Origin: an uncultured Candidatus Marinamargulisbacteria bacterium
Lineage (GTDB): Bacteria; Margulisbacteria; Riflemargulisbacteria; GWF2-35-9; DYQY01
Length of the DNA stretch: 32,000 nucleotides
Direction of reading: 5' to 3'
Assembly (NCBI GenBank): GCA_964429235.1
Contig: CAYSAQ010000007.1
Location: 35,581 to 67,580 of the forward strand
This document shows, piece after piece, positions 16,499-24,338 of the stretch. The notes under the pieces are model-generated. The model was given only the letters and a program-made list of their open reading frames with translations. It ran no database searches and was not told where the DNA came from. The first letter of the stretch is position 1, and every line of letters begins with the position of its first letter. The translations under genes and the position numbers were made by a program.

Positions 16499-17804
16499 TA
16501 TAGATTTAGATAAATATTTAGATAAACTTCAAGATATAGACCCAGTTATAGTAAAAGGAATGGTAACAGACATATCAGGTTTGGTTATTACTGCAACAGG
16601 ACCAATGGTTCCAGTTGGAGAAGTATGTTTAATTCATAATAGAGCTGGGAAAATTATCAGGGCAGAGGTAGTTGGCTTTGGTTCGACAAAAGTATTATTA
16701 ATGCCATTGGGAGATATGGAAGGCATAAGTGCTGGAGATTTAGTGGAATCAACTGGGAGTTGTTTAACTGTTCCTGTTTCTTCTAAATTGTTGGGAAGAG
16801 TTCTTAGTGGTTTAGGTGATCCTATCGACGGAAAAGGAGATGTGGATGTATTAAGGAGAGTTCCCGTATATGCAGAACCACCAAATCCATTATTGCGAGA
16901 TAGAATTGAGAAACCATTGGGTGTAGGTGTGAAGGCTATAGATGGATGCTTAACTCTTGGAAGAGGACAACGTGTTGGTATTTTTGCAGGTTCAGGAGTA
17001 GGCAAGTCTACGCTGATGGGTATGGTTGCAAGAAATACTGAAGCAGATATTAATGTTATAGCATTAGTAGGTGAAAGAGGACGTGAGGTAAGAGATTTTA
17101 TTGAGAAGTCTTTAGGTGCAGAAGGACTTAAACGCTCAGTAGTAGTTGTCGCAACTTCTGACCAGCCAGCATTAATTAGAATAAAAGCTGTACTTACAGC
17201 AACAGCAATAGCAGAGTTTTTTAGGGACCAAGGTAAAGACGTGTTATTAATGATGGATTCGATAACAAGATTTGCTATGGCACAAAGAGAAGTAGGTCTT
17301 ACTATTGGAGAGCCTCCAACCACAAAGGGATATCCGCCATCAGTTTTTGCTATGATGCCAAAGTTCTTAGAAAGAGCCGGTACAAGCGACAAAGGAAGTA
17401 TTACAGGCATATATACAGTACTTGTCGATTCTGATGATATGAACGAGCCTATTTCAGATGCAGCAAGAAGTATTTTGGATGGACACATAGTTTTGGATAG
17501 GAAAATTGCATCCAAGAATATTTGGCCTGCTATAGATGTTTTAAACAGTTTGAGTAGAGTTATGCCAGATGTTGTTGATAAAGAGCATATGGCCTCGAAT
17601 TATCGCCTTAGAGAGCTCATGTCAACTTACCGTGACGCCGAAGATCTTATTAATATTGGAGCTTATGCTTCAGGCAGCAATCCTGGTATTGATGAATCTA
17701 TAAAAATGTTTGATGGAATCCTTTCATTTTTAAAGCAAGGTATTGATGAAAAATTTATTTATAATGAAGAAGTCCAGATGTTGAAAACTGCTGTAGGTAA
17801 TTAG
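16491..17804 (+). CDS. fliI: flagellum-specific ATPase FliI
   Basis: GQRVGIFAGSGVGKSTLMGMVARNTEADINVIALVGERGREVRDFIE...VLLMMDSITRFAMAQREVGLTIGEPPTTKGYPPSVFA. Confidence 0.98.
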   Translation: MASIDLDKYLDKLQDIDPVIVKGMVTDISGLVITATGPMVPVGEVCLIHNRAGKIIRAEVVGFGSTKVLLMPLGDMEGISAGDLVESTGSCLTVPVSSKLLGRVLSGLGDPIDGKGDVDVLRRVPVYAEPPNPLLRDRIEKPLGVGVKAIDGCLTLGRGQRVGIFAGSGVGKSTLMGMVARNTEADINVIALVGERGREVRDFIEKSLGAEGLKRSVVVVATSDQPALIRIKAVLTATAIAEFFRDQGKDVLLMMDSITRFAMAQREVGLTIGEPPTTKGYPPSVFAMMPKFLERAGTSDKGSITGIYTVLVDSDDMNEPISDAARSILDGHIVLDRKIASKNIWPAIDVLNSLSRVMPDVVDKEHMASNYRLRELMSTYRDAEDLINIGAYASGSNPGIDESIKMFDGILSFLKQGIDEKFIYNEEVQMLKTAVGN

Positions 17805-17805
17805 T

Positions 17806-18234
17806 ATGAAAAAATTTGAATTTAGAATGCAAAGAATACTCAGTATTAAAGAAAAGACTGAAGAGTTGTTAAAACAAGAACTTGGAAGACTTGTACAACG
17901 TAAAAAAGGATACGAAGAGGTTAAGGCGTATTTCGCAAAACAAATGCAAGAAGAATTCGGGAAAATAAGAGATAGCAAATCATTTACGAGTGTAGATAAA
18001 ATAATGGCTGAGAATTATATTACAGGCATTAAGAATGATATTTATAAACAGGATTTGATGGTTAAAGATTATGAATTGAAAATAGATAAGAAAAGAGCCG
18101 AGATTCAAGAGAATAGAAAAGAAATAAAAATATTAGATAATCTTAAAGATAAGCAAAAAGAGCAATATAACTATGATCTAATGTTGTTTGAGCGAAAAGA
18201 AATGGACGAAGTCGCTTCATCAAGAAGAAGGTAG
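17806..18234 (+). CDS. fliJ: flagellar protein FliJ
   Basis: 142-aa coiled-coil protein MKKFEFRMQRILSIKEKTEELLKQELGRLVQRK directly after fliI. Confidence 0.85.
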   Translation: MKKFEFRMQRILSIKEKTEELLKQELGRLVQRKKGYEEVKAYFAKQMQEEFGKIRDSKSFTSVDKIMAENYITGIKNDIYKQDLMVKDYELKIDKKRAEIQENRKEIKILDNLKDKQKEQYNYDLMLFERKEMDEVASSRRR

Positions 18235-19116
18235 TGGTTGATATATTTCAAACTGCGCACTTCTAAATTTATTATCTTGAAGTCTGGTTAGTCTTTGGTT
18301 GAATACCGCCAGTAGTGATTCATTAATTAATAATTCCTTAATTCCAAAATCAATAAATCTAGCAATGGATGATTTCGCTGTATTTGTATGCATAGACGCA
18401 AACACAAGGTGTCCTGTCATGGCTGCTCTAATAGCTATTTCTGCAGTTTCTTTATCTCTAATCTCTCCAATTAGTATAATGTCTGGATCATGGCGCAATA
18501 CTGCTCTTAGTATGTTTGCAAATCCCATGCCGGCTGTGTCATTAACTTGTATTTGTGTGAAAGATGGCTGAATATATTCAATAGGGTCTTCGATTGATAC
18601 TACATGTAGTTTGTTATTGTTTGAGTATAAATAATTTATAAGAGAATAAAGTGTTGTTGTTTTCCCACTACCAGTCGGCCCAGTTGTAAGAATTAGCCCT
18701 TCCTTTTTTTTTAATAAAGATTTGGTTGTTGAGAGTGTTTCAGTGTTCATTCCGATTTTATCTAAAGTTGGTATCGATTTGTAGTCGGCTAATATCCTTA
18801 TTACAATATTTTCTCCATAGTTAGAGGGAATTACAGAAACTCTCATGTCTATTCTTGAGTTGTTTGCATGAAAACTAATTCTGCTATCTTGTGGTTGCAG
18901 CGTGTTTGAAGAGCTGAGATTAGAGAGTACCTTTATTCTGTTTACTATTTGAGGGTATTCTTCTTTTGGAAGTTCTTTGGTCGTTATTAATTCACCTAGA
19001 ATTCTTTCTTTAATTAATACTGTATTTTCTTCAGGATGAAGATGAATATCAGTAGCGTTGTTGTCTATGGCAGTGGTTAATAGTTTATTAACCTGGAATA
19101 CTGGATTCAATTTCAC
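18220..19116 (-). CDS. GspE/PilB/ComGA-family secretion/pilus ATPase, minimal form
   Basis: NATDIHLHPEENTVLIKERILGEL; GLILTTGPTGSGKTTTLYSLINYL; VVSIEDPIEY; LRAVLRHDPDIILIGEIRDKETAEIAIRAAMTGHLVFASMHTNTA; only 298 aa. Confidence 0.93.
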   Translation of the reverse strand: MKLNPVFQVNKLLTTAIDNNATDIHLHPEENTVLIKERILGELITTKELPKEEYPQIVNRIKVLSNLSSSNTLQPQDSRISFHANNSRIDMRVSVIPSNYGENIVIRILADYKSIPTLDKIGMNTETLSTTKSLLKKKEGLILTTGPTGSGKTTTLYSLINYLYSNNNKLHVVSIEDPIEYIQPSFTQIQVNDTAGMGFANILRAVLRHDPDIILIGEIRDKETAEIAIRAAMTGHLVFASMHTNTAKSSIARFIDFGIKELLINESLLAVFNQRLTRLQDNKFRSAQFEIYQPLPSS

Positions 19117-19936
19117 GTAATAACACCTCTTTAGCAGTATTATAACGTAATTTTCTTGAAAACCAAAATTGTTGACCTAAAATCCCTTGACCACCAAGCA
19201 TGCCAAGACCATTAAGAGTGGTAAGGCCGAGTTCTTCGGCGATTTGCAATAGTTTGGTTCTAGCTGGTGCGTAGATGATGTCTACTATTAGACAATTCTG
19301 ATTAGCATGTTCAAGTTGTTCTTTAGAAAGCACAGACTTGTCGATTGTTTTCTCCATGCCCACAGGAGTTGCATTTACTATGATATTAGCTTTCTTGATA
19401 GTTTCTTCAAATTTATTATTATCATTGATAATGATAATCTTCGTATTGTTCTGGTAGTGAGTTTTTATTTCTTCAGCTTTATTTGTATCGATGTCAAAGA
19501 TTGTAATCTTGTTACATTCAGCTTGTAATGAAGAATATACAATGGCCTTTGCTGCACCACCGGCACCAATTAGAAAAATATTTTTGTCAGTAAGTGACAT
19601 GTTCGCTTCTTCTTTTAGCATTAAACTAAAGCCAGGAGCATCAGTATTTGTTCCAACGTATTTCCCCTCAATTAGCTTGATAGTGTTTACCGCACCTATT
19701 TCTTTTGCTGAATCAGTGATCTCATCGCAAAGAGGAATTACATTTTCTTTATGTGGGATTGTAACGTTTAGTCCTGCAAACTTTTTAGACTCAAATAGTG
19801 GCTTAAGATCTTCGACTGTTACTGGATATGAGATATATTTTGCATCGATACCTTCTTCTTTAAAGAAAGTATTATGAAGAGCAGGCGATAGAGAATATCC
19901 AAGTGGATATCCTAGTAGTGCGTATTCTGTTTTCAT
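19088..19936 (-). CDS. aroE: shikimate dehydrogenase
   Basis: YALLGYPLGYSLSPALHNTFF, GLNVTIPHKE, AVNTIKLIEGKYVGTNTDAPGF, IGAGGAAKAI, NATPVGM. Confidence 0.95.
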   Translation of the reverse strand: MKTEYALLGYPLGYSLSPALHNTFFKEEGIDAKYISYPVTVEDLKPLFESKKFAGLNVTIPHKENVIPLCDEITDSAKEIGAVNTIKLIEGKYVGTNTDAPGFSLMLKEEANMSLTDKNIFLIGAGGAAKAIVYSSLQAECNKITIFDIDTNKAEEIKTHYQNNTKIIIINDNNKFEETIKKANIIVNATPVGMEKTIDKSVLSKEQLEHANQNCLIVDIIYAPARTKLLQIAEELGLTTLNGLGMLGGQGILGQQFWFSRKLRYNTAKEVLLREIESSIPG

Positions 19937-20024
19937 GTATAAAATTAAAGGCCATATTGGCGCAAATGTAAATGAAAAACTTTAGGTAAGCGCCCTTTTG
20001 CTTTCCTGCTATGTAAAAAGAGTG

Positions 20025-20030
20025 TATAAT
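20025..20030 (+). promoter_or_regulatory. consensus -10 element upstream of the bactofilin gene
   Basis: TATAAT 7 nt before the ATG at 20038; no convincing -35 hexamer. Confidence 0.4.
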
Positions 20031-20037
20031 TCTTGTC

Positions 20038-20415
20038 ATGAAAGTAATTAACTCTGATTATCATGTTGATGAAACAATTCAAACTATTGTAGGTTTTGAT
20101 TCAGCGTTATCTGGAACTATAAATACAGAGTCATCAATAAGGCTAGAGGGCTCTTTCGATGGAGAGATTAATTCTCAGGGTAGCGTGTTTGTTGGCGTAA
20201 AAAGTAAAGTGAACGGTAATATTAATGCACTCAGAGTTGTTGTTCAGGGTGAGATAATTGGAGATGTTGAGGTTGTTGAAAGTATTGAGATCCTTCAAAC
20301 AGGTAAGATTGTTGGCGATATAGCTGGCAAAAAATTAATTGTAGATGAAGGCGCTACATTCAAAGGCAACGTTAATATGGATGTTATTTCTCCGAGGAAA
20401 ATAAAAGAAGTTTAG
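20038..20415 (+). CDS. bactofilin (polymer-forming cytoskeletal protein)
   Basis: GTINTESSIRLEGSFDGEINSQGSVFVGVKSKVNGNINALRVVVQGEIIGDVEVVESIEILQTGKIVGDIAGKKLIVDEGATFKGNV beta-helix repeats. Confidence 0.93.
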   Translation: MKVINSDYHVDETIQTIVGFDSALSGTINTESSIRLEGSFDGEINSQGSVFVGVKSKVNGNINALRVVVQGEIIGDVEVVESIEILQTGKIVGDIAGKKLIVDEGATFKGNVNMDVISPRKIKEV

Positions 20416-20416
20416 C

Positions 20417-21094
20417 TTGGCTTCTAAGCTATATATTTGCGGGAACCACCTTGGTTCAATTGAAGATATCCCACAACGTACTATAAGTATTATAAAGTTA
20501 GCAGATTTGGTGTTATGCGAAGATACCAGAACAATCGGCAGAATGTTTGCAGAACTCGGGATGCGAGACAAGCATCTTATTTCTTATTATGACCATAATG
20601 AGAGAAGTCGCTCAGAGTCACTTAAAGATCGTTTGATAAATGAAGATTTACAAATTGCCTTGATAAGCGAAGCCGGAATGCCAATGGTTTCAGATCCTGG
20701 ATTCCATATCATTAATTTATTTCATGAGCTTGGGTTAGAGGTAGACGCGATACCAGGACCAACAGCATGTATTACTGCTTTAGCAATGTCTGGATTTTCA
20801 TTAGAAAGTGGATTCCAGTTTGTAGGATTCTGGCCTAGAAAAAATGGCAAGAAACAAAAGGTCATAGAGTCTGTTGTTGAAACAAAGATTCCGTTTGTTT
20901 TTTATGAGTCTCCTAAGCGAATAGTTAAAACACTTCTAGGGTTAGTTGATTCTGAGCTAGATGTTTTTGTAGTAAAAGAATTAACAAAAAAGCATCAAAC
21001 ATATTGGCGTGGTTCATCTAATGAAGTTTATCAGCAGCTTTCACAGAGAGAACATAAAGGCGAATTTACAGTAGTTATAAAAAAGTCCAAGTAA
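20417..21094 (+). CDS. rsmI: RsmI-like 16S rRNA 2'-O-methyltransferase, divergent and short
   Basis: IEDIPQRTISIIKLADLVLCEDTRTIGRM, SYYDHNE, ALISEAGMPMVSDPGFHII, IPGPTACITALAMSG, FYESPKRI, VVKELTKKHQTYWRG; TTG start. Confidence 0.88.
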   Translation: MASKLYICGNHLGSIEDIPQRTISIIKLADLVLCEDTRTIGRMFAELGMRDKHLISYYDHNERSRSESLKDRLINEDLQIALISEAGMPMVSDPGFHIINLFHELGLEVDAIPGPTACITALAMSGFSLESGFQFVGFWPRKNGKKQKVIESVVETKIPFVFYESPKRIVKTLLGLVDSELDVFVVKELTKKHQTYWRGSSNEVYQQLSQREHKGEFTVVIKKSK

Positions 21095-21099
21095 GTAAT

Positions 21100-21127
21100 G
21101 GAACTTTTCTCATTCAATAGTTGTATA
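21100..21127 (+). promoter_or_regulatory. candidate ECF-sigma-dependent promoter, copy 1 (autoregulatory)
   Basis: GGAACTTTT (21100-21108) - 12 nt - TTGTATA (21121-21127), 12 nt before the sigma gene ATG. Confidence 0.65.
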
Positions 21128-21138
21128 GTATATAAGTA

Positions 21139-21675
21139 ATGAAACTTTCGAAGGCTGTTTTAGATAATTTTATTGATGGAGAAATGTCAGCATTTCAGGA
21201 CGTATACGAAGTCTCTAAGAGCTTTGTATATAACACTATTTATAAGATGGTTCTAAGCGAGCAAGATGCTCAGGATTTAATGCATGATGTTTATGTGCGT
21301 GTATATGAAAAAAGACATCAGTATAAGAAGGACTACAGTATATACACATGGATAAATAGGATTGCTATAAATCATGTGCTAAATTTTATTAAAAGAAAAA
21401 ATAGTTTTGTAAATAAGTTAGCAGAAGTAGGTTTCTTTTATGAGCAAAAATCAAATGATGAACAGAATGACGAAGGGGAAGCTTTACAATTATTACAAAA
21501 GCTAAAACCAAAATATAGATTGCCAATAGTGCTAAAAGACATTCAGGATTTGAGCTATGAAGAAGTAGCTAGTTTGTTGAATATTCCAATTGGGACAGTT
21601 CGGTCTAGATTGAGCAGAGGACGAAAACAATTAAAAGAAAGATATGAAAGAGAGGTGCTGAATGGAAAGCAATAA
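21139..21675 (+). CDS. ECF-family RNA polymerase sigma factor
   Basis: SEQDAQDLMHDVYVRVYEKRHQYKKDYSIYTWINRIAINHVLNFIKR (region 2) and YRLPIVLKDIQDLSYEEVASLLNIPIGTVRSRLSRGRKQLKE (region 4). Confidence 0.95.
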   Translation: MKLSKAVLDNFIDGEMSAFQDVYEVSKSFVYNTIYKMVLSEQDAQDLMHDVYVRVYEKRHQYKKDYSIYTWINRIAINHVLNFIKRKNSFVNKLAEVGFFYEQKSNDEQNDEGEALQLLQKLKPKYRLPIVLKDIQDLSYEEVASLLNIPIGTVRSRLSRGRKQLKERYEREVLNGKQ

Positions 21676-21964
21676 ACAATTAATGAAAGAGCTGAAAGTA
21701 GAGAAATCAGTGCCAGAGGGTATCTTTAATAATGTTGTTTTCACAATTGGCAATAATGAACAGAATAGAAAAAAAACTTCTTTCAAATGGTTTGCAATAC
21801 TTAGCCCAATAGCAACCAGTGTTTTGGTGGGAGTATTGTTCTTAAATATAAGCATTTCAAATAGCTCTCAAGCAATTAAAGACGGAGAGTTTTTAGCAAA
21901 TACAGTAACCGCAGAGTACTATGATGGTTATTTTATTAGTATTGATGAAGATTTTGTTTATTGA
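21662..21964 (+). CDS. short single-pass membrane protein, candidate anti-sigma factor
   Basis: 100 aa, overlaps the sigma gene by 14 nt; one TM segment (WFAILSPIATSVLVGVLFLNI) between a short charged N-terminus and a short C-terminal tail. Confidence 0.65.
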   Translation: MESNKQLMKELKVEKSVPEGIFNNVVFTIGNNEQNRKKTSFKWFAILSPIATSVLVGVLFLNISISNSSQAIKDGEFLANTVTAEYYDGYFISIDEDFVY

Positions 21965-21965
21965 T

Positions 21966-21993
21966 GGAACTTTTTATAGCAAAGCATTGTATA
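21966..21993 (+). promoter_or_regulatory. candidate ECF-sigma-dependent promoter, copy 2
   Basis: GGAACTTTT (21966-21974) - 12 nt - TTGTATA (21987-21993), same boxes and spacing as copy 1. Confidence 0.65.
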
Positions 21994-22024
21994 TAAGTTA
22001 AGAAAAAATAAGGAGGAAGAAAAT

Positions 22025-22531
22025 ATGAGACTATTTTCAAAAGGAATAATTGTTTTAGGATTAGCGGGAATGATGTTTGCTGCAGGATCAGGAGGACAGC
22101 AAAAAGATTGTGATCCAGGTTATAGGGATGGACAACGTAATAATATGATGCAAAAAGGAAGCGGTCATAATGAATTGTTTGACCAGATTGATTTATCAAA
22201 GGTACAAATAGCGAAGATAAATGAGATTCATAAGGAAAGCAGAGAAAGTCATAAAGAGACACAGACAAAGTTGATGACTGCAAGAAAAGCTTTAGTAGCA
22301 GAACTAGATGCCGAAAATAGTTCGTCAGCAAAGATTGCTCAGTTAAAGAAAGATATTTTATCAGCACAATCAAATATGTTAGATGAAATGACTTCAATAA
22401 AAATGAAGACAAAAGAAGTTTTAACAAAAGATCAAATAAAAAAGTTAAAAGAATTGCATGAAGAACGAAAAGATAAAAGAGAAGAACAAAAGGCTAAAAA
22501 GACTTTGTTTAACCGTTGGTTTAGAAAATAA
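22025..22531 (+). CDS. Spy/CpxP-like (LTxxQ) periplasmic protein
   Basis: Signal-peptide-like N-terminus; all-helical charged body with two LTxxQ-type motifs, DLSKVQIAKI and VLTKDQIKKL; RBS AGGAGG. Confidence 0.75.
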   Translation: MRLFSKGIIVLGLAGMMFAAGSGGQQKDCDPGYRDGQRNNMMQKGSGHNELFDQIDLSKVQIAKINEIHKESRESHKETQTKLMTARKALVAELDAENSSSAKIAQLKKDILSAQSNMLDEMTSIKMKTKEVLTKDQIKKLKELHEERKDKREEQKAKKTLFNRWFRK

Positions 22532-22543
22532 ACTGTCCAATAA

Positions 22544-22575
22544 AGAAAACCCCGGGTTAAACCGGGGTTCCTTTT
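22544..22575. terminator. bidirectional rho-independent terminator
   Basis: AACCCCGG (22548-22555) GTTAAA CCGGGGTT (22562-22569), A-rich on the left and CCTTTT on the right; lies between the Spy-like gene and the convergent tRNA-Leu. Confidence 0.85.
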
Positions 22576-22582
22576 ATATGTT

Positions 22583-22669
22583 TGGTGCTGCGGACTGGAC
22601 TTGAACCAGCACAGGCAATCGCCCACTAACCCCTCAAGCTAGCGTGTCTACCAATTCCACCACCGCAGC
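22583..22669 (-). tRNA. tRNA-Leu (anticodon GAG), CCA encoded
   Basis: Minus strand GCTGCGGTGGTGGAATTGGTAGACACGCTAGCTTGAGGGGTTAGTGGGCG...GGTTCAAGTCCAGTCCGCAGCACCA; 7-bp acceptor stem, CTAGC/GTTAG anticodon stem, loop TTGAGGG, long variable arm, GGTTCAA T-arm. Confidence 0.95.
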
Positions 22670-22753
22670 CCACTTAAAACTTTTCATATTGTAACACGTA
22701 GCACCCTTATATTTACAAGGTATTCGTTGTAAATCTTATGCTATAATAAGCTT

Positions 22754-23326
22754 ATGAGCGAGAAGAAAGAAAATAATAATAATCAGCCTCAGCACCATAA
22801 TCAAAAACCTAAAAAGAAGTATAATCATAATCACAGCAACAATCACAACCAAAAAGATAAGCAGAAGGATAAACCAAGAGACAAGAACAAAATAAGCGAG
22901 CACTTTAATAGAACTCACTTTGCTTGTACTTGCGGTAACTGTAATCAAGAGTTTCGGATGTCTTTAGCGCTTATTGGAATTCTTGAACACTTAAAAGCCA
23001 AATTCAATCAGAATATTAATGTCCATAGAGCATATGTTTGCGAGGATTATGCCAAAGAACTTTTTGGTAATAGTAAAGATTATCATAGTAAAGGGAAAGC
23101 AATCGACATTAGTATAAATAACGTTGAGTTGAAAGATATTTTCAATGAAGTTGAGAATTTAATAGAAATTACTGGTATTGGGTTTGTGCCTTCAAAAGGT
23201 ATTTTACATATAGATATGAGAGATAAAGACAGGAATGTCTTTATAGTAGAGAATGGAACCAATCAGGATTTGACTCTAGCAATGAGGAACAAGTACGGGT
23301 TACAAGATCTTGAAGCAACTTCTTGA
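22754..23326 (+). CDS. M15-type (D-Ala-D-Ala carboxypeptidase-like) peptidase with His/Asn/Lys-rich N-terminus
   Basis: NVHRAYVCEDYAK...KDYHSKGKAIDIS and GILHIDMRD resemble the M15A Zn-ligand motifs; N-terminal approx. 55 aa is low complexity. Confidence 0.7.
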   Translation: MSEKKENNNNQPQHHNQKPKKKYNHNHSNNHNQKDKQKDKPRDKNKISEHFNRTHFACTCGNCNQEFRMSLALIGILEHLKAKFNQNINVHRAYVCEDYAKELFGNSKDYHSKGKAIDISINNVELKDIFNEVENLIEITGIGFVPSKGILHIDMRDKDRNVFIVENGTNQDLTLAMRNKYGLQDLEATS

Positions 23327-24179
23327 TAGATTCCTTATATATTTAAATATTCAAAAAGGTTATTCCCCGCATACAGTTGATGCCTATAAATCAGATTTAA
23401 AAGATTTCATTAAATTTTTAGAAAAAGCTAATATTTCATCTATAGAAAATGTTTCAGAAGGTGTTATAAAAAAATATGTTTATTCAATGAGAGATAGAGG
23501 AATAAGCAAGCGAAGTATTTCAAGAAAAATATCTTCGTTAAAGAGTCTATGGAAGTATTTAATTAGGTTTGGTATAGCTACACAAGATTTTACGCAGTTT
23601 TTAGAAACTCCTAAATTAGAAAAAAAGTTACCTATCTTTTTTTCTTCTGAAGAAGTTGATCAGTGTATAGCTTGTTTACAAGGTACTTCTTCTGAGAAAA
23701 GAGATGTCGCAATTTTTGAATTGCTATATTCCACTGGTTTAAGAATATCAGAACTAATCTCATTAGATGTCGGATCTATAGATGAGATGAGAGAAGAAAT
23801 CCGGGTTATTGGAAAAAGAGATAAAGAGAGAATTGTTATTTTGGGCGAGCATGCGAGTAGGTTGATCCGTGAATATACTCAAGAGTATCGAGAGAAATAT
23901 AAAAGCAATAGAGAAAAGGCATTATTTATAAATGCTCGAGGTGGAAGATTGAGTGTTAGAAGTGTGCAGCGTTTATTTAAAAAGGTAAGTAAGCTGATTG
24001 GGAAGGATGTCACTCCTCATACGTTGCGTCATTCCTTTGCTACTGCATTATTGAATAATGGAGCAGATCTCAGAACAGTACAAGAGCTTTTAGGCCACTC
24101 CAGCCTACAAACTACGCAATTATATACTCATGTAACAGTCAAAAAACTACAAGAAATTATGGATAAAGTACGCTTTTAA
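23310..24179 (+). CDS. tyrosine site-specific recombinase, XerC/XerD type
   Basis: YLNIQKGYSPHTVDAYKSDLKDF..., LLYSTGLRISELISLDV, TPHTLRHSFATALLNNGADLRTVQELLGHSSLQTTQLYTHV; TTG start. XerC versus XerD not decidable here. Confidence 0.93.
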   Translation: MKQLLDRFLIYLNIQKGYSPHTVDAYKSDLKDFIKFLEKANISSIENVSEGVIKKYVYSMRDRGISKRSISRKISSLKSLWKYLIRFGIATQDFTQFLETPKLEKKLPIFFSSEEVDQCIACLQGTSSEKRDVAIFELLYSTGLRISELISLDVGSIDEMREEIRVIGKRDKERIVILGEHASRLIREYTQEYREKYKSNREKALFINARGGRLSVRSVQRLFKKVSKLIGKDVTPHTLRHSFATALLNNGADLRTVQELLGHSSLQTTQLYTHVTVKKLQEIMDKVRF

Positions 24180-24338
24180 AAACCTTTCCAGGTTAGGTTG
24201 ACATTGTTGCAATTTAGGGTAAAACTAAGAGTAAGGATGAATTAGAGAAGTAGAATATATTGCTGGTCCGCATGTCGGGGGCAATTTCACAAAAATATTT
24301 TTACTATCTCGCCAAATAACTAGGGAGAGTGGTGCTCA

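Noticed and set aside
16634-17515. 293-aa minus-strand ORF
   Set aside because: Lies entirely antisense to the highly conserved fliI gene; composition is that of a shadow frame.
21936-22427. 163-aa minus-strand ORF
   Set aside because: Antisense to the Spy-like gene, which has a signal peptide, RBS and LTxxQ motifs.
22548-22569. Palindrome AACCCCGG/CCGGGGTT as a member of the dispersed repeat family
   Set aside because: It lacks the ATC loop and ATTA tail and has flanking A and T tracts between convergent units; it is an ordinary bidirectional terminator.
23310-24179. Tyrosine recombinase plus nearby tRNA-Leu as evidence for an integrated element
   Set aside because: The recombinase looks like housekeeping XerC/D; no att-like duplication of the tRNA end, no phage or transfer genes, and surrounding genes are core functions.
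24197-24214. Possible sigma-54 promoter (GG...GC) upstream of flgF
   Set aside because: The GG-GC spacing is off by one and the flanking consensus is poor.
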